64,000 bases of DNA. It comes from an uncultured cyanobacterium. GTDB taxonomy: Bacteria > Cyanobacteriota > Cyanobacteriia > Cyanobacteriales > CAWCAG01. The notes below the pieces were generated by a model. It was given only the letters and a program-made list of their open reading frames with translations, did no database searches and had not been told where the DNA came from. Numbering within the stretch: position 1 is the first letter of the stretch; the number at the start of each line of letters is the position of its first letter. Positions 21,404 through 32,378 of the stretch are shown in pieces. The position numbers and the translations under genes are program-made. Where the stretch lies: contig CAWCAG010000005.1 of assembly GCA_963793425.1 (NCBI GenBank), positions 256,001 to 320,000 on the forward strand, read 5' to 3'.

Positions 21404-23422
21404 CTAACTAGCGGTAGCTTCTTGTTGGTGCTGTTCCATTAATTCCCTGAATTGAATTACGTCTTGACGAGGATCGGCACGGCTAACTTGAACTTCTAAG
21501 CGATCGCCTAAAGCAATAGAACGACGAAAGCGATGGGGAAGTTCTAAGCCCAAGTCTTCTAGTAAGATTAGCCCCAAATTATCATCTTCCCTTAACCACC
21601 GTAGTAACAAAGCAGGCCAAGCTTGGTCAGAATTACGACGGAGGAACTCTAAGCCCCAATAGCGATTGGTTTGGCGTTCTACTAACGTAGCTTCTTGAGC
21701 TGCACTAGTAACGCTGTAAATAAGCTCTTTCAGGGCTTCAGTAGGGAAGGGTAATGGCTCTTGGCGTAAATGAGCTTTAATTTGGAAATGAGCTAATAAA
21801 TCATTGTAGCGGCGAATCGGAGAAGTTGCTTGGGTATAGGTATCTAAGCCTAAACCAGCATGGCGTATGGGCATAGTACTAGTTTCGCTCCGGGGCATAC
21901 AACGACGTAAGGCACAAAAACGTACTGGTCCAGCAGGAAGTTGTAGTAATTCTTCTTCTGAGGGCAATTCTGGTTGAGGCTGTCCCCGATAGGGTAAAGG
22001 TAAATTATGCTTTTGACCATAATTTCCTGCCACCTCTCCTGTCAAGATCATCATCTCTGCCACTAACTGACGGGCAGGGGAATCTTCCAAAAGTTCAATG
22101 ACTATTTCATCATCTTCTTTAACCTTAATAGAAGATTCTGGCATATGAATACTAATCGAACCTTGGGCCATTCGCCAACTTTGGCGAACTCTTGCCCAGC
22201 GAGCTAAATCAGTAATTTCTGGCTCCCCTTGGATATTTAACTGGAGCATCTCATCCACATCATCGTAGGTTAAACGATAGGTTGGTTTAATGAGGCTAGC
22301 TGCGATGGTATAGTCCTGAATCCCTCCAGCTTCGTCTAGAACCACCCCAAAACTTAAGGCAGGACAAACTTGTCCTTGCACCAAACTCATTGGGCCTGTA
22401 GCTAGTTCTGGGGGAAACATAGGAATGCTACCGGTGGGGAGATAAAGGCTGGTGCTGCGCCTCCTTGCTTCTAGGTCTAATTCATCTCCTGGGGAAAGCA
22501 ACCTGGTAGGATCAGCAATATGTATCCACAGGCGTTGACTTCCATTTTCTAAGGTTTCCAAGCTTAGACCATCATCGATTTCCTTGGTACTCTCATCATC
22601 AATGGTGTAAACCTTGAAGTGAGTAAGATCGAGTCTAGTATCGGCATCGGGATCACAAGACTGAGAGAGTAGGCTGGAATTGGCCACTTCGAGTACCTTC
22701 TGAGGAAAGTGAATTGGATAAGAGCTACGGCGTAGAAACAGGTTTTCATGTTTATCCCACCAGCCTAACTCTATCAGCAATTCCAATGCCGCTTGGGGAG
22801 TTTGAGGGCGTTCTAGTTGGGCAAGTAAGTCTTGAGCGGGACGAGAAGACTGTTCAGGATGTAGTACAAGTTTTTCTAGCAGATTAAAGCGGGTGTGATC
22901 GCTTTCTACCCACTCTACCTGTTCTTTAGCTAAAGTTCTTTGTACCCTAGCTAAGAAGCCTTGTTTCTCAAGTTGTTTTTGCTGTTCAACTTCTAATTGA
23001 TGCTTGATTTCTTCAACTTGACTTTGAGAGCGAGGTTCGTAATAGTCTGCTTTCTTTTTGAAATAAACTTTATCTTCACAAAGAAGACTGTATGCCCCAT
23101 AACAATGAGCTGGAGTACGGGCAGAAAATAGCAACTGAGCCATTTCTGGTGGCGTTACTCCCGCTTTATCTTCCACTAGTAATTCCCAAGCAATTTCTAA
23201 GCTAGAAGGGTCAAGATAATTTTGTACTTCTTTAAGGAAGTTAGGTATATCATCTGGCTCATAGCCATTACCAATTTCATATTCAATTCTTTGAGGGCGA
23301 AGTTTATGAGCTTGTCCCTTTTCATCTAAAAAAAGCCAATCTTTCTTACCTTCAGGACGCTCAGCAACTGCAAGACGGCGTTCTCCGTGGAGCCGAAATT
23401 CAATTAGGGTTCCCTTGTCCAC
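21404..23422 (-). CDS. rnb: Exoribonuclease II / RNB family
   Basis: TIDDESTKEIDDGLS, HIADP, TSPIRRYNDL; likely GTG start (VDKGTLIEF). Confidence 0.9.
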   Translation of the reverse strand: MDKGTLIEFRLHGERRLAVAERPEGKKDWLFLDEKGQAHKLRPQRIEYEIGNGYEPDDIPNFLKEVQNYLDPSSLEIAWELLVEDKAGVTPPEMAQLLFSARTPAHCYGAYSLLCEDKVYFKKKADYYEPRSQSQVEEIKHQLEVEQQKQLEKQGFLARVQRTLAKEQVEWVESDHTRFNLLEKLVLHPEQSSRPAQDLLAQLERPQTPQAALELLIELGWWDKHENLFLRRSSYPIHFPQKVLEVANSSLLSQSCDPDADTRLDLTHFKVYTIDDESTKEIDDGLSLETLENGSQRLWIHIADPTRLLSPGDELDLEARRRSTSLYLPTGSIPMFPPELATGPMSLVQGQVCPALSFGVVLDEAGGIQDYTIAASLIKPTYRLTYDDVDEMLQLNIQGEPEITDLARWARVRQSWRMAQGSISIHMPESSIKVKEDDEIVIELLEDSPARQLVAEMMILTGEVAGNYGQKHNLPLPYRGQPQPELPSEEELLQLPAGPVRFCALRRCMPRSETSTMPIRHAGLGLDTYTQATSPIRRYNDLLAHFQIKAHLRQEPLPFPTEALKELIYSVTSAAQEATLVERQTNRYWGLEFLRRNSDQAWPALLLRWLREDDNLGLILLEDLGLELPHRFRRSIALGDRLEVQVSRADPRQDVIQFRELMEQHQQEATAS

Positions 23423-23514
23423 AAGCTCTGCAATTCCCCAGTATTTTCTCTTTAAACTTATCATCCAAGCTAGCCATGATGGAAGGGGAAGTTTGAGAAA
23501 CGGAGAATTCAGTG

Positions 23515-23549
23515 CGCTAGCTAATAGCTGTCAGCTATTAGCTATTAGC
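23515..23549. repeat. Inverted heptamer repeat hairpin (GCTAATAGCTG-T-CAGCTATTAGC) downstream of rpsR
   Basis: Directly visible. Confidence 0.65.
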
Positions 23550-23551
23550 AA

Positions 23552-23767
23552 CTAACCTTCAATATCAATGAAAGGTAGTAAAGCAACCAGTCGCGCCCTT
23601 TTGACAGCGACAGTTAAATCTCGCTGCTGTTTTGCGGTTAGAGATGTAATGCGCCGGGGTAGAATTTTGCCCCTTTCGGTGATGAATTTTTTCAATAGTT
23701 CCACATCTTTGTAATCAATGGGATCTCCTGGTTTAATGGGAGAAAGATTTTTACGATAAAAAGCCAT
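23552..23767 (-). CDS. rpsR: 30S ribosomal protein S18
   Basis: [25 protein letters not shown]. Confidence 0.98.
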   Translation of the reverse strand: MAFYRKNLSPIKPGDPIDYKDVELLKKFITERGKILPRRITSLTAKQQRDLTVAVKRARLVALLPFIDIEG

Positions 23768-23816
23768 TTTTTCCTCTTTAAAAGTTAAAAGTTACAGTAC
23801 TTTAGCAATCGGTAAG

Positions 23817-24011
23817 TTACTTGATTTCTTTATGAACTGTATGTTGATTGCAGTGAGTGCAGAACTTTTTCAGTTCTAATCTTGCTGTAGTATTACGACG
23901 GTTTTTACTTGTCGTATAACGAGAGACACCGTTGGAACGCTTATTGTTATTAGTGCGACATTCGGTGCATTCTACGCTGATGGTGATTCTAACGCCCTTC
24001 TTACTTGCCAT
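23817..24011 (-). CDS. rpmG: 50S ribosomal protein L33
   Basis: ECTECR...[20 protein letters not shown]. Confidence 0.98.
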   Translation of the reverse strand: MASKKGVRITISVECTECRTNNNKRSNGVSRYTTSKNRRNTTARLELKKFCTHCNQHTVHKEIK

Positions 24012-24057
24012 AATTCGAGTTCTTCCGACTCAACCAATTAAAATTAAACACAAATTT

Positions 24058-24591
24058 CTATTTTCTCACACGATATCTCACTTCAGCAAGAAGTTTTTTA
24101 ATCTGTATGTCCAGGGAGAAGCCGCGAGGAGTTTGAATCATAATAGTATCAGCTACGCGATCATGGAAAGCTTGACCTAATTCTTCGTCAGTGAAGGCTA
24201 AGGCGCAGTCTGCAACTATGGGTCCCAGAAGTAGTAACATAGTTAGACTATTAGCAAAGTTGATTTCTAAAGCAATCATCGCTAGCAAGGCACAAATTCC
24301 CAAAATCCCTTCCCGTTTAATTAGGGTAACTACTTGAGGAACTCTTTTGAAGCGAAAATCAATTACTTTAAGATCCAAAGCCCAGCCCCCTAAACTTTGA
24401 CCTTGATTACTCACAACCAGCAAAACTTTCAGACCTAGCCAAGCAAAGAGGAAAACTCCCCAGCGAATTGGCCCTACCCCCACTAAGGAACTAAGTATCC
24501 AAATTAAGACAAAATCAATTATAAAAGCCCAGGCTCTGCGATCAAAGGGAACTTTAGGAATGCGCTCGTATGGTAACTTTTCTTGGCTCAT
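24058..24591 (-). CDS. RDD family membrane protein
   Basis: RRAWAFIID, GQSLG, QAFHDRVADT. Confidence 0.85.
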   Translation of the reverse strand: MSQEKLPYERIPKVPFDRRAWAFIIDFVLIWILSSLVGVGPIRWGVFLFAWLGLKVLLVVSNQGQSLGGWALDLKVIDFRFKRVPQVVTLIKREGILGICALLAMIALEINFANSLTMLLLLGPIVADCALAFTDEELGQAFHDRVADTIMIQTPRGFSLDIQIKKLLAEVRYRVRK

Positions 24592-24707
24592 TGGTTTGGG
24601 GGACAGTTTTTGCCTAGCATATTTCTATACTACTTAAGAAAATAGGGTAATCTCAATCCCTAGAGATTTGGCTTAATATTTCCTCAAAGGAAAAAATTAA
24701 AAAACCC

Positions 24708-25727
24708 ATGACTAATCTTCAATCTTCTCAGAGTGTAGCTCAAACAAATTTCTCTTCTTCCCAGCCTGATTTATCAGTGGTAGTGCCAATTTATAATGAG
24801 GTGGAAAGCTTATCTGCTTTAATAGAAGCCGTTGCTACTGTTCTCATTGAAAATCAGCTTGTTTATGAAATAATCTGTGTAGACGATGGCTCTCAAGATG
24901 GCTCTGCCGAACTTTTAAGGGATGTGGCTAAAAGTCGTACAGATTTGAAAGCAGTGTTGTTGCGCCGCAATTACGGACAGACTCCGGCTATGGCTGCTGG
25001 CTTCCGATATGCTCAAGGTAAAGTTATTATCACCATGGATGGGGATTTACAAAATGATCCGGCAGATATTCCTCTATTGTTAAATAAATTGGCAGAAGGT
25101 TACGATTTAGTTAGTGGTTGGCGTGAAAAGAGACAAGATGCGGCACTGACTCGTCTACTTCCTTCTAAGATTGCGAATTGGATTATTGGTAGGGTTACAG
25201 GGGTTAAGCTACATGACTACGGTTGTTCCCTGAAGGCCTATCGAGCAGAATTAGTGGCAGATATGAACCTTTACGGGGAATTACATCGCTTCCTCCCTGC
25301 TTTGGCTTATATTGAAGGAGCCAAAATTGCTGAATTACCAGTACGGCATCACCCTAGGCGTTTCGGAAGCAGTAAGTATGGTTTAGGGCGTACTTTTCGG
25401 GTAGTGATGGATTTGTTAACGGTATTTTTTATGAAGAAGTTTCTTACTAAACCGATGCACGTTTTTGGTTTATTTGGTCTTCTTTCTTTGGCTTTAGGAA
25501 CTGTTTTAGGACTTTATTTAACCTTTTTGAAATTAGGTTTAGGTCAGAGTATTGGCAATAGACCTTTATTAGTTTTAGTGGTGATACTTTTGATTACTGG
25601 AGTGCAATTATTTTGTTTTGGTTTGCTAGCAGAGTTATTAATGCGTACTTATCATGAGTCCCAAAGTAGACCAATTTATCGGGTTAGGCAGGTAGTGAGT
25701 GGAGGGGAGCAGGAATTAGGAAGATAA
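24708..25727 (+). CDS. Glycosyltransferase family 2 (DPM1/ArnC-like)
   Basis: SVVVPIYNE, VDDGSQD, MDGDLQNDP, two C-terminal TM helices. Confidence 0.9.
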   Translation: MTNLQSSQSVAQTNFSSSQPDLSVVVPIYNEVESLSALIEAVATVLIENQLVYEIICVDDGSQDGSAELLRDVAKSRTDLKAVLLRRNYGQTPAMAAGFRYAQGKVIITMDGDLQNDPADIPLLLNKLAEGYDLVSGWREKRQDAALTRLLPSKIANWIIGRVTGVKLHDYGCSLKAYRAELVADMNLYGELHRFLPALAYIEGAKIAELPVRHHPRRFGSSKYGLGRTFRVVMDLLTVFFMKKFLTKPMHVFGLFGLLSLALGTVLGLYLTFLKLGLGQSIGNRPLLVLVVILLITGVQLFCFGLLAELLMRTYHESQSRPIYRVRQVVSGGEQELGR

Positions 25728-25805
25728 GCAGTTTTTGCCGCTATACTTTTAGTTCTAACATGATCATCAGGAACTTATACTGCTCTCAGCTTTGAGGGTG
25801 AAATT

Positions 25806-26369
25806 ATGCAGTCTCTTATTAACTTACTCACTCCGGAAGAATACCTCCAACTAGAACAAACTAGCGAGATTCGTCATGAATACCTTGGTGGGCAGGTTTT
25901 TGCTATGTCTGGAGGTAGCAAGGAACATAATACAATTAGCCTGAATATTGCTAGTAGATTACGTTCTCATTTACGGGGTAGTTCTTGTAGTGTCTTTATG
26001 GCTGATATGAAGGTAAATATCGAATTAGCTAAGGGAAATAAAAACATATTTTACTATCCTGATGTGATAGTTAGTTGCCATCGGGATGAGCAAGACCGAT
26101 TTTGTTTAAATTATCCTTGCCTGATTATTGAGGTACTTTCACCCAGTACAGAAGCAACAGACAGACGAGAAAAACTGATTAATTACCAATCTTTAGCAAG
26201 TTTACAAGAATATGTTTTAGTTTCTCAAAAGGGAATTAAAGTAGAGGTTTATCGTCAAGATAGTGAAGGGAATTGGTCACTAACAGTTCTGGGAAAAGAT
26301 GATTCCTTACAGTTAAATTCTCTGGGTTTAACTTTGACTATGGCAGATATTTATGAGGATGTTTTTTGA
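25806..26369 (+). CDS. Uma2 family endonuclease-fold protein
   Basis: RHEYLGGQVFAMSGGS, YYPDV, IEVLSPST, EYVLVSQ. Confidence 0.9.
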   Translation: MQSLINLLTPEEYLQLEQTSEIRHEYLGGQVFAMSGGSKEHNTISLNIASRLRSHLRGSSCSVFMADMKVNIELAKGNKNIFYYPDVIVSCHRDEQDRFCLNYPCLIIEVLSPSTEATDRREKLINYQSLASLQEYVLVSQKGIKVEVYRQDSEGNWSLTVLGKDDSLQLNSLGLTLTMADIYEDVF

Positions 26370-26416
26370 GTTTAGTGGCAGGAGAGGAAAACTCACTTTT
26401 CCTCTCCTTCTGAAGG

Positions 26417-27457
<1,041 letters not shown>

Positions 27458-27543
27458 CTATATATTGACGAGAACAGTTATTTTAATGCCCGCTAGGTGA
27501 GAGTTTATATCGTCTTTGACTAGCAACAGTATCAACAAAAAGT

Positions 27544-27945
27544 ATGAAAGTAAAACTAACTCGCAGTCAAGAACAAGTTTTTGAATTATTACAATCCCAA
27601 AAAGCAGAAATTTCTGCTCAAGAACTTTATACTCAACTACGGGCTAAAAATCATCAAATTGGTTTGGCAACTGTCTACCGAGTGCTAAAAGCGATGCACA
27701 TCCGAGGCTTGGTTCAAGCAAGGACATCAGCGGATGGAGAACTAGTGTATGCTATGGCTGGCAAGGAGAAACACTATTTGACTTGCATCAATTGCGGCAT
27801 TTCTCAACCTATTCCCCATGCTTGTCCTGTGGGTAGGTTAGAAGAGGAGTTACGCCAAACGAAAAAGTTTGATGTTTACTACCATACCTTAGAGTTTTTT
27901 GGTTTATGTTCCCTTTGTTCCCAAGAAGTTAATGTAGGTTCTTGA
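27544..27945 (+). CDS. Fur family transcriptional regulator (Zur/FurB-like)
   Basis: GLATVYRVL, CINC and CSLC motifs, YYHTLEFFGLC. Confidence 0.88.
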   Translation: MKVKLTRSQEQVFELLQSQKAEISAQELYTQLRAKNHQIGLATVYRVLKAMHIRGLVQARTSADGELVYAMAGKEKHYLTCINCGISQPIPHACPVGRLEEELRQTKKFDVYYHTLEFFGLCSLCSQEVNVGS

Positions 27946-28025
27946 TTTTTGTCTTTACAATTCGTTTTGTTTGGATAAGAAAGTAAATGTTGATTGCTAA
28001 CATCTCCCCAGCTCCCCATTAATTC

Positions 28026-29060
28026 ATGTCCTTGATTAGAAAGAGAAATTTATTAACAAAAATTCCTGGGCAGCTATATCTTTGGATCGCTGTAGTTATT
28101 TTTGGCGCTTCTGGGGCCGTAACTCGTGCTTTAACTCAAATTGGAGAGCAGCATAGTGTTGATGGTAGCAACCCCATTTCTTTATGTAATGTTTTATTTG
28201 TTGGTAATCTTTGCGCTCTTTTAGTTTTAATCATAATTTCTTGGGGCAAAATTAATTGGCATTCATTTCAAGAACTACAGAAAAAAGATTGGTTAATTTT
28301 AATTTCCGTAGCTGTTTTATCTGGTGGTTTAGCTCCCGCATTTCTCTTTGATGCTTTGGGGAGAACTCAGGTTAATAACGTTATTTTAATTAGTAGAATT
28401 GAACCTCCTTTAGTATTGGCTTTGTCCATCTGGTTATTAGGAGAAAGAGTTAACAAGTGGCAAGTTAGCGGTTCTTTTGTCGCTTTGTTTGGAGTATTGA
28501 CCACAGTTTTCTATCAATCTTTACGGGAAGATATGATGAGTCCGGAGCTACTTAGCAGTTTTGGAAGAGGGGAAATTTTTACTGCTTTAGGTGCAATTGC
28601 TTCTGGAATCGCGATTGTGATTAGTAAGTTACAAAGCAATAAAATTACCTTAGTTATTAATAATCTTTTTCGTACTGCTTTAGGAACAATAGTCTTTTTT
28701 ATTTTAGCTTTGCTTCTCTACGGCAGCCATCATTTTATGCAAATATTTTCACCTTTTTTATGGCAATGGATGTTAGTTTACGGCACAGTTATTGTGGTTA
28801 TTGGGCAATCTTGTTGGTTGACAGGATTGAGAAAATCTCCAGGTTCTACGGCTTCTGTAGTTAGTTCTTTTACTCCCGTAGCTGGGATGATGGCCGCTTA
28901 CTTTATTTTAGGAGAAGCACCTACAGCAGCTCAATATTTAGGAGGAAGTATTATTATGGCAGGAATTTTTCTCGGTCAAATAGGTAATTTCAGAAAGTCT
29001 GGTCAAGGAAAAAACTCTCAGCAAGAAGCGGAAAAGAATGTTGGTTTTAAAGGGATTTGA
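28026..29060 (+). CDS. DMT/EamA family transporter
   Basis: About 10 hydrophobic segments in two repeats (LLGE, ILGE). Confidence 0.85.
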   Translation: MSLIRKRNLLTKIPGQLYLWIAVVIFGASGAVTRALTQIGEQHSVDGSNPISLCNVLFVGNLCALLVLIIISWGKINWHSFQELQKKDWLILISVAVLSGGLAPAFLFDALGRTQVNNVILISRIEPPLVLALSIWLLGERVNKWQVSGSFVALFGVLTTVFYQSLREDMMSPELLSSFGRGEIFTALGAIASGIAIVISKLQSNKITLVINNLFRTALGTIVFFILALLLYGSHHFMQIFSPFLWQWMLVYGTVIVVIGQSCWLTGLRKSPGSTASVVSSFTPVAGMMAAYFILGEAPTAAQYLGGSIIMAGIFLGQIGNFRKSGQGKNSQQEAEKNVGFKGI

Positions 29061-29085
29061 TTAATAGGTGATAGAGTTGTTTTGT

Positions 29086-31092
29086 CTAATTTTCTCCCTG
29101 CTTAACAACCAAATTTTGAAATTCGACATTTGTCCGTAGGTTATCAAGGTTACGATCATTTTCTGCCATCATTTGGTATTTATCACAATTTAACTTTAAA
29201 GCTTGTTGCAAATCTTTTAAAGCAGGTTCAATTTTGTTGAGTAAAGCATAAATACCTGCGCGATTATAGAGGATTGCAGCATTATTCGGTTGGAGTTTTA
29301 ACGCCCGATTATAAGAAGCGATCGCCGCTTCTAATTTACCTAGCTTTTTTAACAAAATACCGCGATTATGCCAAGCTTCTGCTAGTTGAGGTTTGATAGC
29401 TAAAGCTTTGTTATAGGATGCGATCGCCGCTTCAATTTTACCTAGCCCCCGTAGAGCAATACCCCGATTGTACCAAGCTTTGTGTAGCAGAGGCTCTAGT
29501 TGCAAAGCCTGATCAAAAGAAGCTACAGCCTCAGAAAACTTAGTTAATTTCCTTAAAGCAATACCACGATTATTCCAAACTTCGTAAGCTTCTGGCTTAA
29601 TTTTTAAAGCTTGATCATAAGAAGCGATCGCTTCTGCGTAGCGTTCTAATTTTCGGAGAATAATGCCCCGGTTGTACCAAGCAATGAAGAGTTGCGGGGT
29701 AATTTTGGTTGCTTTTTCAAAAGTAGTTAAAGCTTCTTCTTGGTAATTTAAGTTGCTTAGCTTCACCCCAAAGTTAAGTAAATAGGTCAGCATTTTCTGA
29801 GGATGTTTTTCGGTAACTTCTAAAACCACTTTCGTCAAACCGATCAGATAATCTTCTGCTTTAACCTGATTCCCTTTCGATTCAATTTGTCCATCTCTAG
29901 GAGTAAGAATACGTTCTGATTCAATCAAATAATCGAGGGTGCGATGAAAAGTGTAGCGTTGCCAAAGCTTAGAGTTTTCCTTACTCATTAATAGAGCAGT
30001 CGGTTCCACCAAAAAATGCTGTAATGGTAAATTAAATTGCTCTAACAAATCTATAGCATCGTAAATATAAATAGCCAAGGGATATTTATTAATTGCTTCT
30101 TCATAACGCTTATGCCAAGTGGTTTTTAATGTATCTCGATAATTATCTATTGTTAAGGGTAAATGGCGGCTTTTTAAGTTACGCAAATTTTCTACAATAT
30201 TACGAAAAGTGCAATCATTTCTCCTAGCTATTTGAGGATAATCTTCTGTTTTGGCAGAAATGTTGCTTTGATTTACCGTAGCCTGCAATAATTTAATTAC
30301 CGCTTCATCTTCCGGTTCTGGTAATTCATAAACTGTAAAACGCTGCCACAACTGGGGATATTTTTCCCATTGCAACTTTTCCCAAGCACTGGGTTCCCCT
30401 GGATAATCTGGTTGTTTCTCGTTTCTGGCTGTAGCAACGATACGAATTTCTCCACTGCCACAAAACTTTTCGTATGCTTCTAAGGCCCGTAATAAACGCA
30501 ACTGTAAAGGTACATTCAAAGGTTCTAAAGGAGATTTTTCTGCCCTAGGAGATAACTCATCTTCTCCGAAATACATCCGTTGATTCAAGTCATCAAGGAA
30601 AAACAACAACTTACGATTAGTACCAATTTCTCCTAACTGTTCCCGCGTTGGTACATCTAACCATTCCCCTAACTTAGGATACAAAATAGTCCAACCATTA
30701 CTACTATAAAGTTGAGCTAATTCCGCAGCTTCGCGGGTTTTTCCTACCCCAGTTCTGGCTATAATTAATAACCAGCGCTCTGCTTCTAATTGCCCTTCTA
30801 ATTCCTCTTGTATATCTCGCCCAGCAAGGCGATTTTGGTAAGGAATACGGGCATCAGCTAAAGAATCTTTTTCTTCTCCTCCTACCAATTGGGCTAAAAT
30901 ACTTTTTCTAGGGGAAATAATTTCAAAAGGATAACGGTTAGGGGGAAGCAAGCGATCGCGATTCTGTTGTCTAAGCCACCAAATTAACCCCAAAGTACCA
31001 GGAAGGACTACGGGAACAGTTCCAGAAAGAAGATTATTAATAAGATCCTGGTTATTTTGGTAAATGCCGCCAATTTGTTGCCAGTAAGACAT
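29086..31092 (-). CDS. P-loop NTPase with C-terminal TPRs and an N-terminal hydrophobic segment
   Basis: ARTGVGKT (Walker A-like), LLFFLDD (Walker B), repeated AWYNRG TPRs. Confidence 0.8.
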   Translation of the reverse strand: MSYWQQIGGIYQNNQDLINNLLSGTVPVVLPGTLGLIWWLRQQNRDRLLPPNRYPFEIISPRKSILAQLVGGEEKDSLADARIPYQNRLAGRDIQEELEGQLEAERWLLIIARTGVGKTREAAELAQLYSSNGWTILYPKLGEWLDVPTREQLGEIGTNRKLLFFLDDLNQRMYFGEDELSPRAEKSPLEPLNVPLQLRLLRALEAYEKFCGSGEIRIVATARNEKQPDYPGEPSAWEKLQWEKYPQLWQRFTVYELPEPEDEAVIKLLQATVNQSNISAKTEDYPQIARRNDCTFRNIVENLRNLKSRHLPLTIDNYRDTLKTTWHKRYEEAINKYPLAIYIYDAIDLLEQFNLPLQHFLVEPTALLMSKENSKLWQRYTFHRTLDYLIESERILTPRDGQIESKGNQVKAEDYLIGLTKVVLEVTEKHPQKMLTYLLNFGVKLSNLNYQEEALTTFEKATKITPQLFIAWYNRGIILRKLERYAEAIASYDQALKIKPEAYEVWNNRGIALRKLTKFSEAVASFDQALQLEPLLHKAWYNRGIALRGLGKIEAAIASYNKALAIKPQLAEAWHNRGILLKKLGKLEAAIASYNRALKLQPNNAAILYNRAGIYALLNKIEPALKDLQQALKLNCDKYQMMAENDRNLDNLRTNVEFQNLVVKQGEN

Positions 31093-31115
31093 AATCTAAC
31101 GAAAATCGTTGAGGG

Positions 31116-31982
31116 TCAAGAACTAAAAGCTGCTGCATAATCATTGGCAAACTGCTCAAAAGTACGGGGTTGTTTACCTGTAACTTCCTCTACAATAGGA
31201 GTAATAGTTGAGTAATTACCAGCTTTTTGTCTGTTATATAATCTGAGTATCATCTCTACTTGTTTTTCAGGTAAACCATTTTCTGTCATCGCTTCACGGG
31301 CAGCTTCTTCAGGAATATCTACGTAGGTAATAGTTCTACCTAAAACCTGGGAAAGGATCTCTGCAATTTGATAATTACTCAAAGCTTGGGAACCAGTGAT
31401 TTGATAAGCTTTATTTTGATGATTATCTTCTGTTAAAACCACCGCCGCAACTTCAGCTACATCCCTAATATCAATAAAGCTAAGTTTCCCTTCTCCTAAT
31501 GGCAAATAAAAAGAATTTTGATTCTTAATAGTTTCTGCTGTGTAAATCAGATAATTTTGATGAAAGGAATTAGGGCGCAGGAAGGTATAAGGAATTCCTG
31601 AAGCAGCAATGAGTTGTTCAGATTCTCGGTGACATTGCCCTAAAAGCATTTCTGGTTCTGTATCTGCCCCCATAACAGAAAGTTTAACAATTTGTTTCAC
31701 CCCAGCTTTTTTGGCTGCCTCTAAGCAAGTAGCATCTAATTCTACCAAGTTAGGAGCTAAAGGAGTCATGAAAAAGGCTTTATCTACACCTCGGAAAGCA
31801 GCTTCTACTGTTTCTGGCTTATTAAGATCAAATTCTACTACTTCTACCCCGGAAGGGAAATTTTGAGCGCGATTGAGATTACGAACTGCTGCACGAATAT
31901 TAACATCTTTAGCTGCTAGTTGTTTAACAACTTGAGAGCCGACATTACTAGTGGCTGCGGTAACTAAAATTGTCTCTGGCAT
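31116..31982 (-). CDS. NmrA-like atypical SDR oxidoreductase
   Basis: ILVTAATSNVGS, YTFLRPNSF, FIDIRDVA; likely start MPETILV. Confidence 0.87.
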   Translation of the reverse strand: MPETILVTAATSNVGSQVVKQLAAKDVNIRAAVRNLNRAQNFPSGVEVVEFDLNKPETVEAAFRGVDKAFFMTPLAPNLVELDATCLEAAKKAGVKQIVKLSVMGADTEPEMLLGQCHRESEQLIAASGIPYTFLRPNSFHQNYLIYTAETIKNQNSFYLPLGEGKLSFIDIRDVAEVAAVVLTEDNHQNKAYQITGSQALSNYQIAEILSQVLGRTITYVDIPEEAAREAMTENGLPEKQVEMILRLYNRQKAGNYSTITPIVEEVTGKQPRTFEQFANDYAAAFSS

Positions 31983-32045
31983 AGTTAGCGATCGCTTTAT
32001 TTCGATCATGAATATTTTTCTGACAAGTAAAATATACAACATCAA

Positions 32046-32078
32046 TAACCCATTTTGGGTTTATCCCGATTTAGGTTA
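32046..32078 (+). promoter_or_regulatory. Putative tandem operator (C-box-like) for the XRE controller
   Basis: AACCCA-TTT-TGGGTT followed by a weaker ATCCCG-ATT-TAGGTT, ~50 bp upstream of the controller gene. Confidence 0.5.
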
Positions 32079-32126
32079 TAAGCTTGGGCTATCACTAATA
32101 TGCTGCATAAAACAAGTTCTATTTAG

Positions 32127-32375
32127 GTGGCTAAATCAGTCTTCAGCAAGCAATATAAAAGATTTCGAGAACTTCTTATTGAAGCCCGTAAGCTTGCTGG
32201 ATTAACTCAAACAGAATTATCAAATAAATTAAACCGTCCCCAGTCATATGTATCAAAGTATGAACGTGGAGAACGTCGTCTTGACTTAATCGAATTTCTG
32301 GAAATTATAGAAGTATTAAATATGAGTCCAATTACTTTTATTGAAAAATTGCTTGATCATCAATGGGAGAGGTAA
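32127..32375 (+). CDS. XRE-family HTH protein, probable R-M controller (C) protein
   Basis: ARKLAGLTQTELS...QSYVSKYERGERR; immediately upstream of the endonuclease gene. Confidence 0.88.
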   Translation: MAKSVFSKQYKRFRELLIEARKLAGLTQTELSNKLNRPQSYVSKYERGERRLDLIEFLEIIEVLNMSPITFIEKLLDHQWER

Positions 32376-32378
32376 ACA

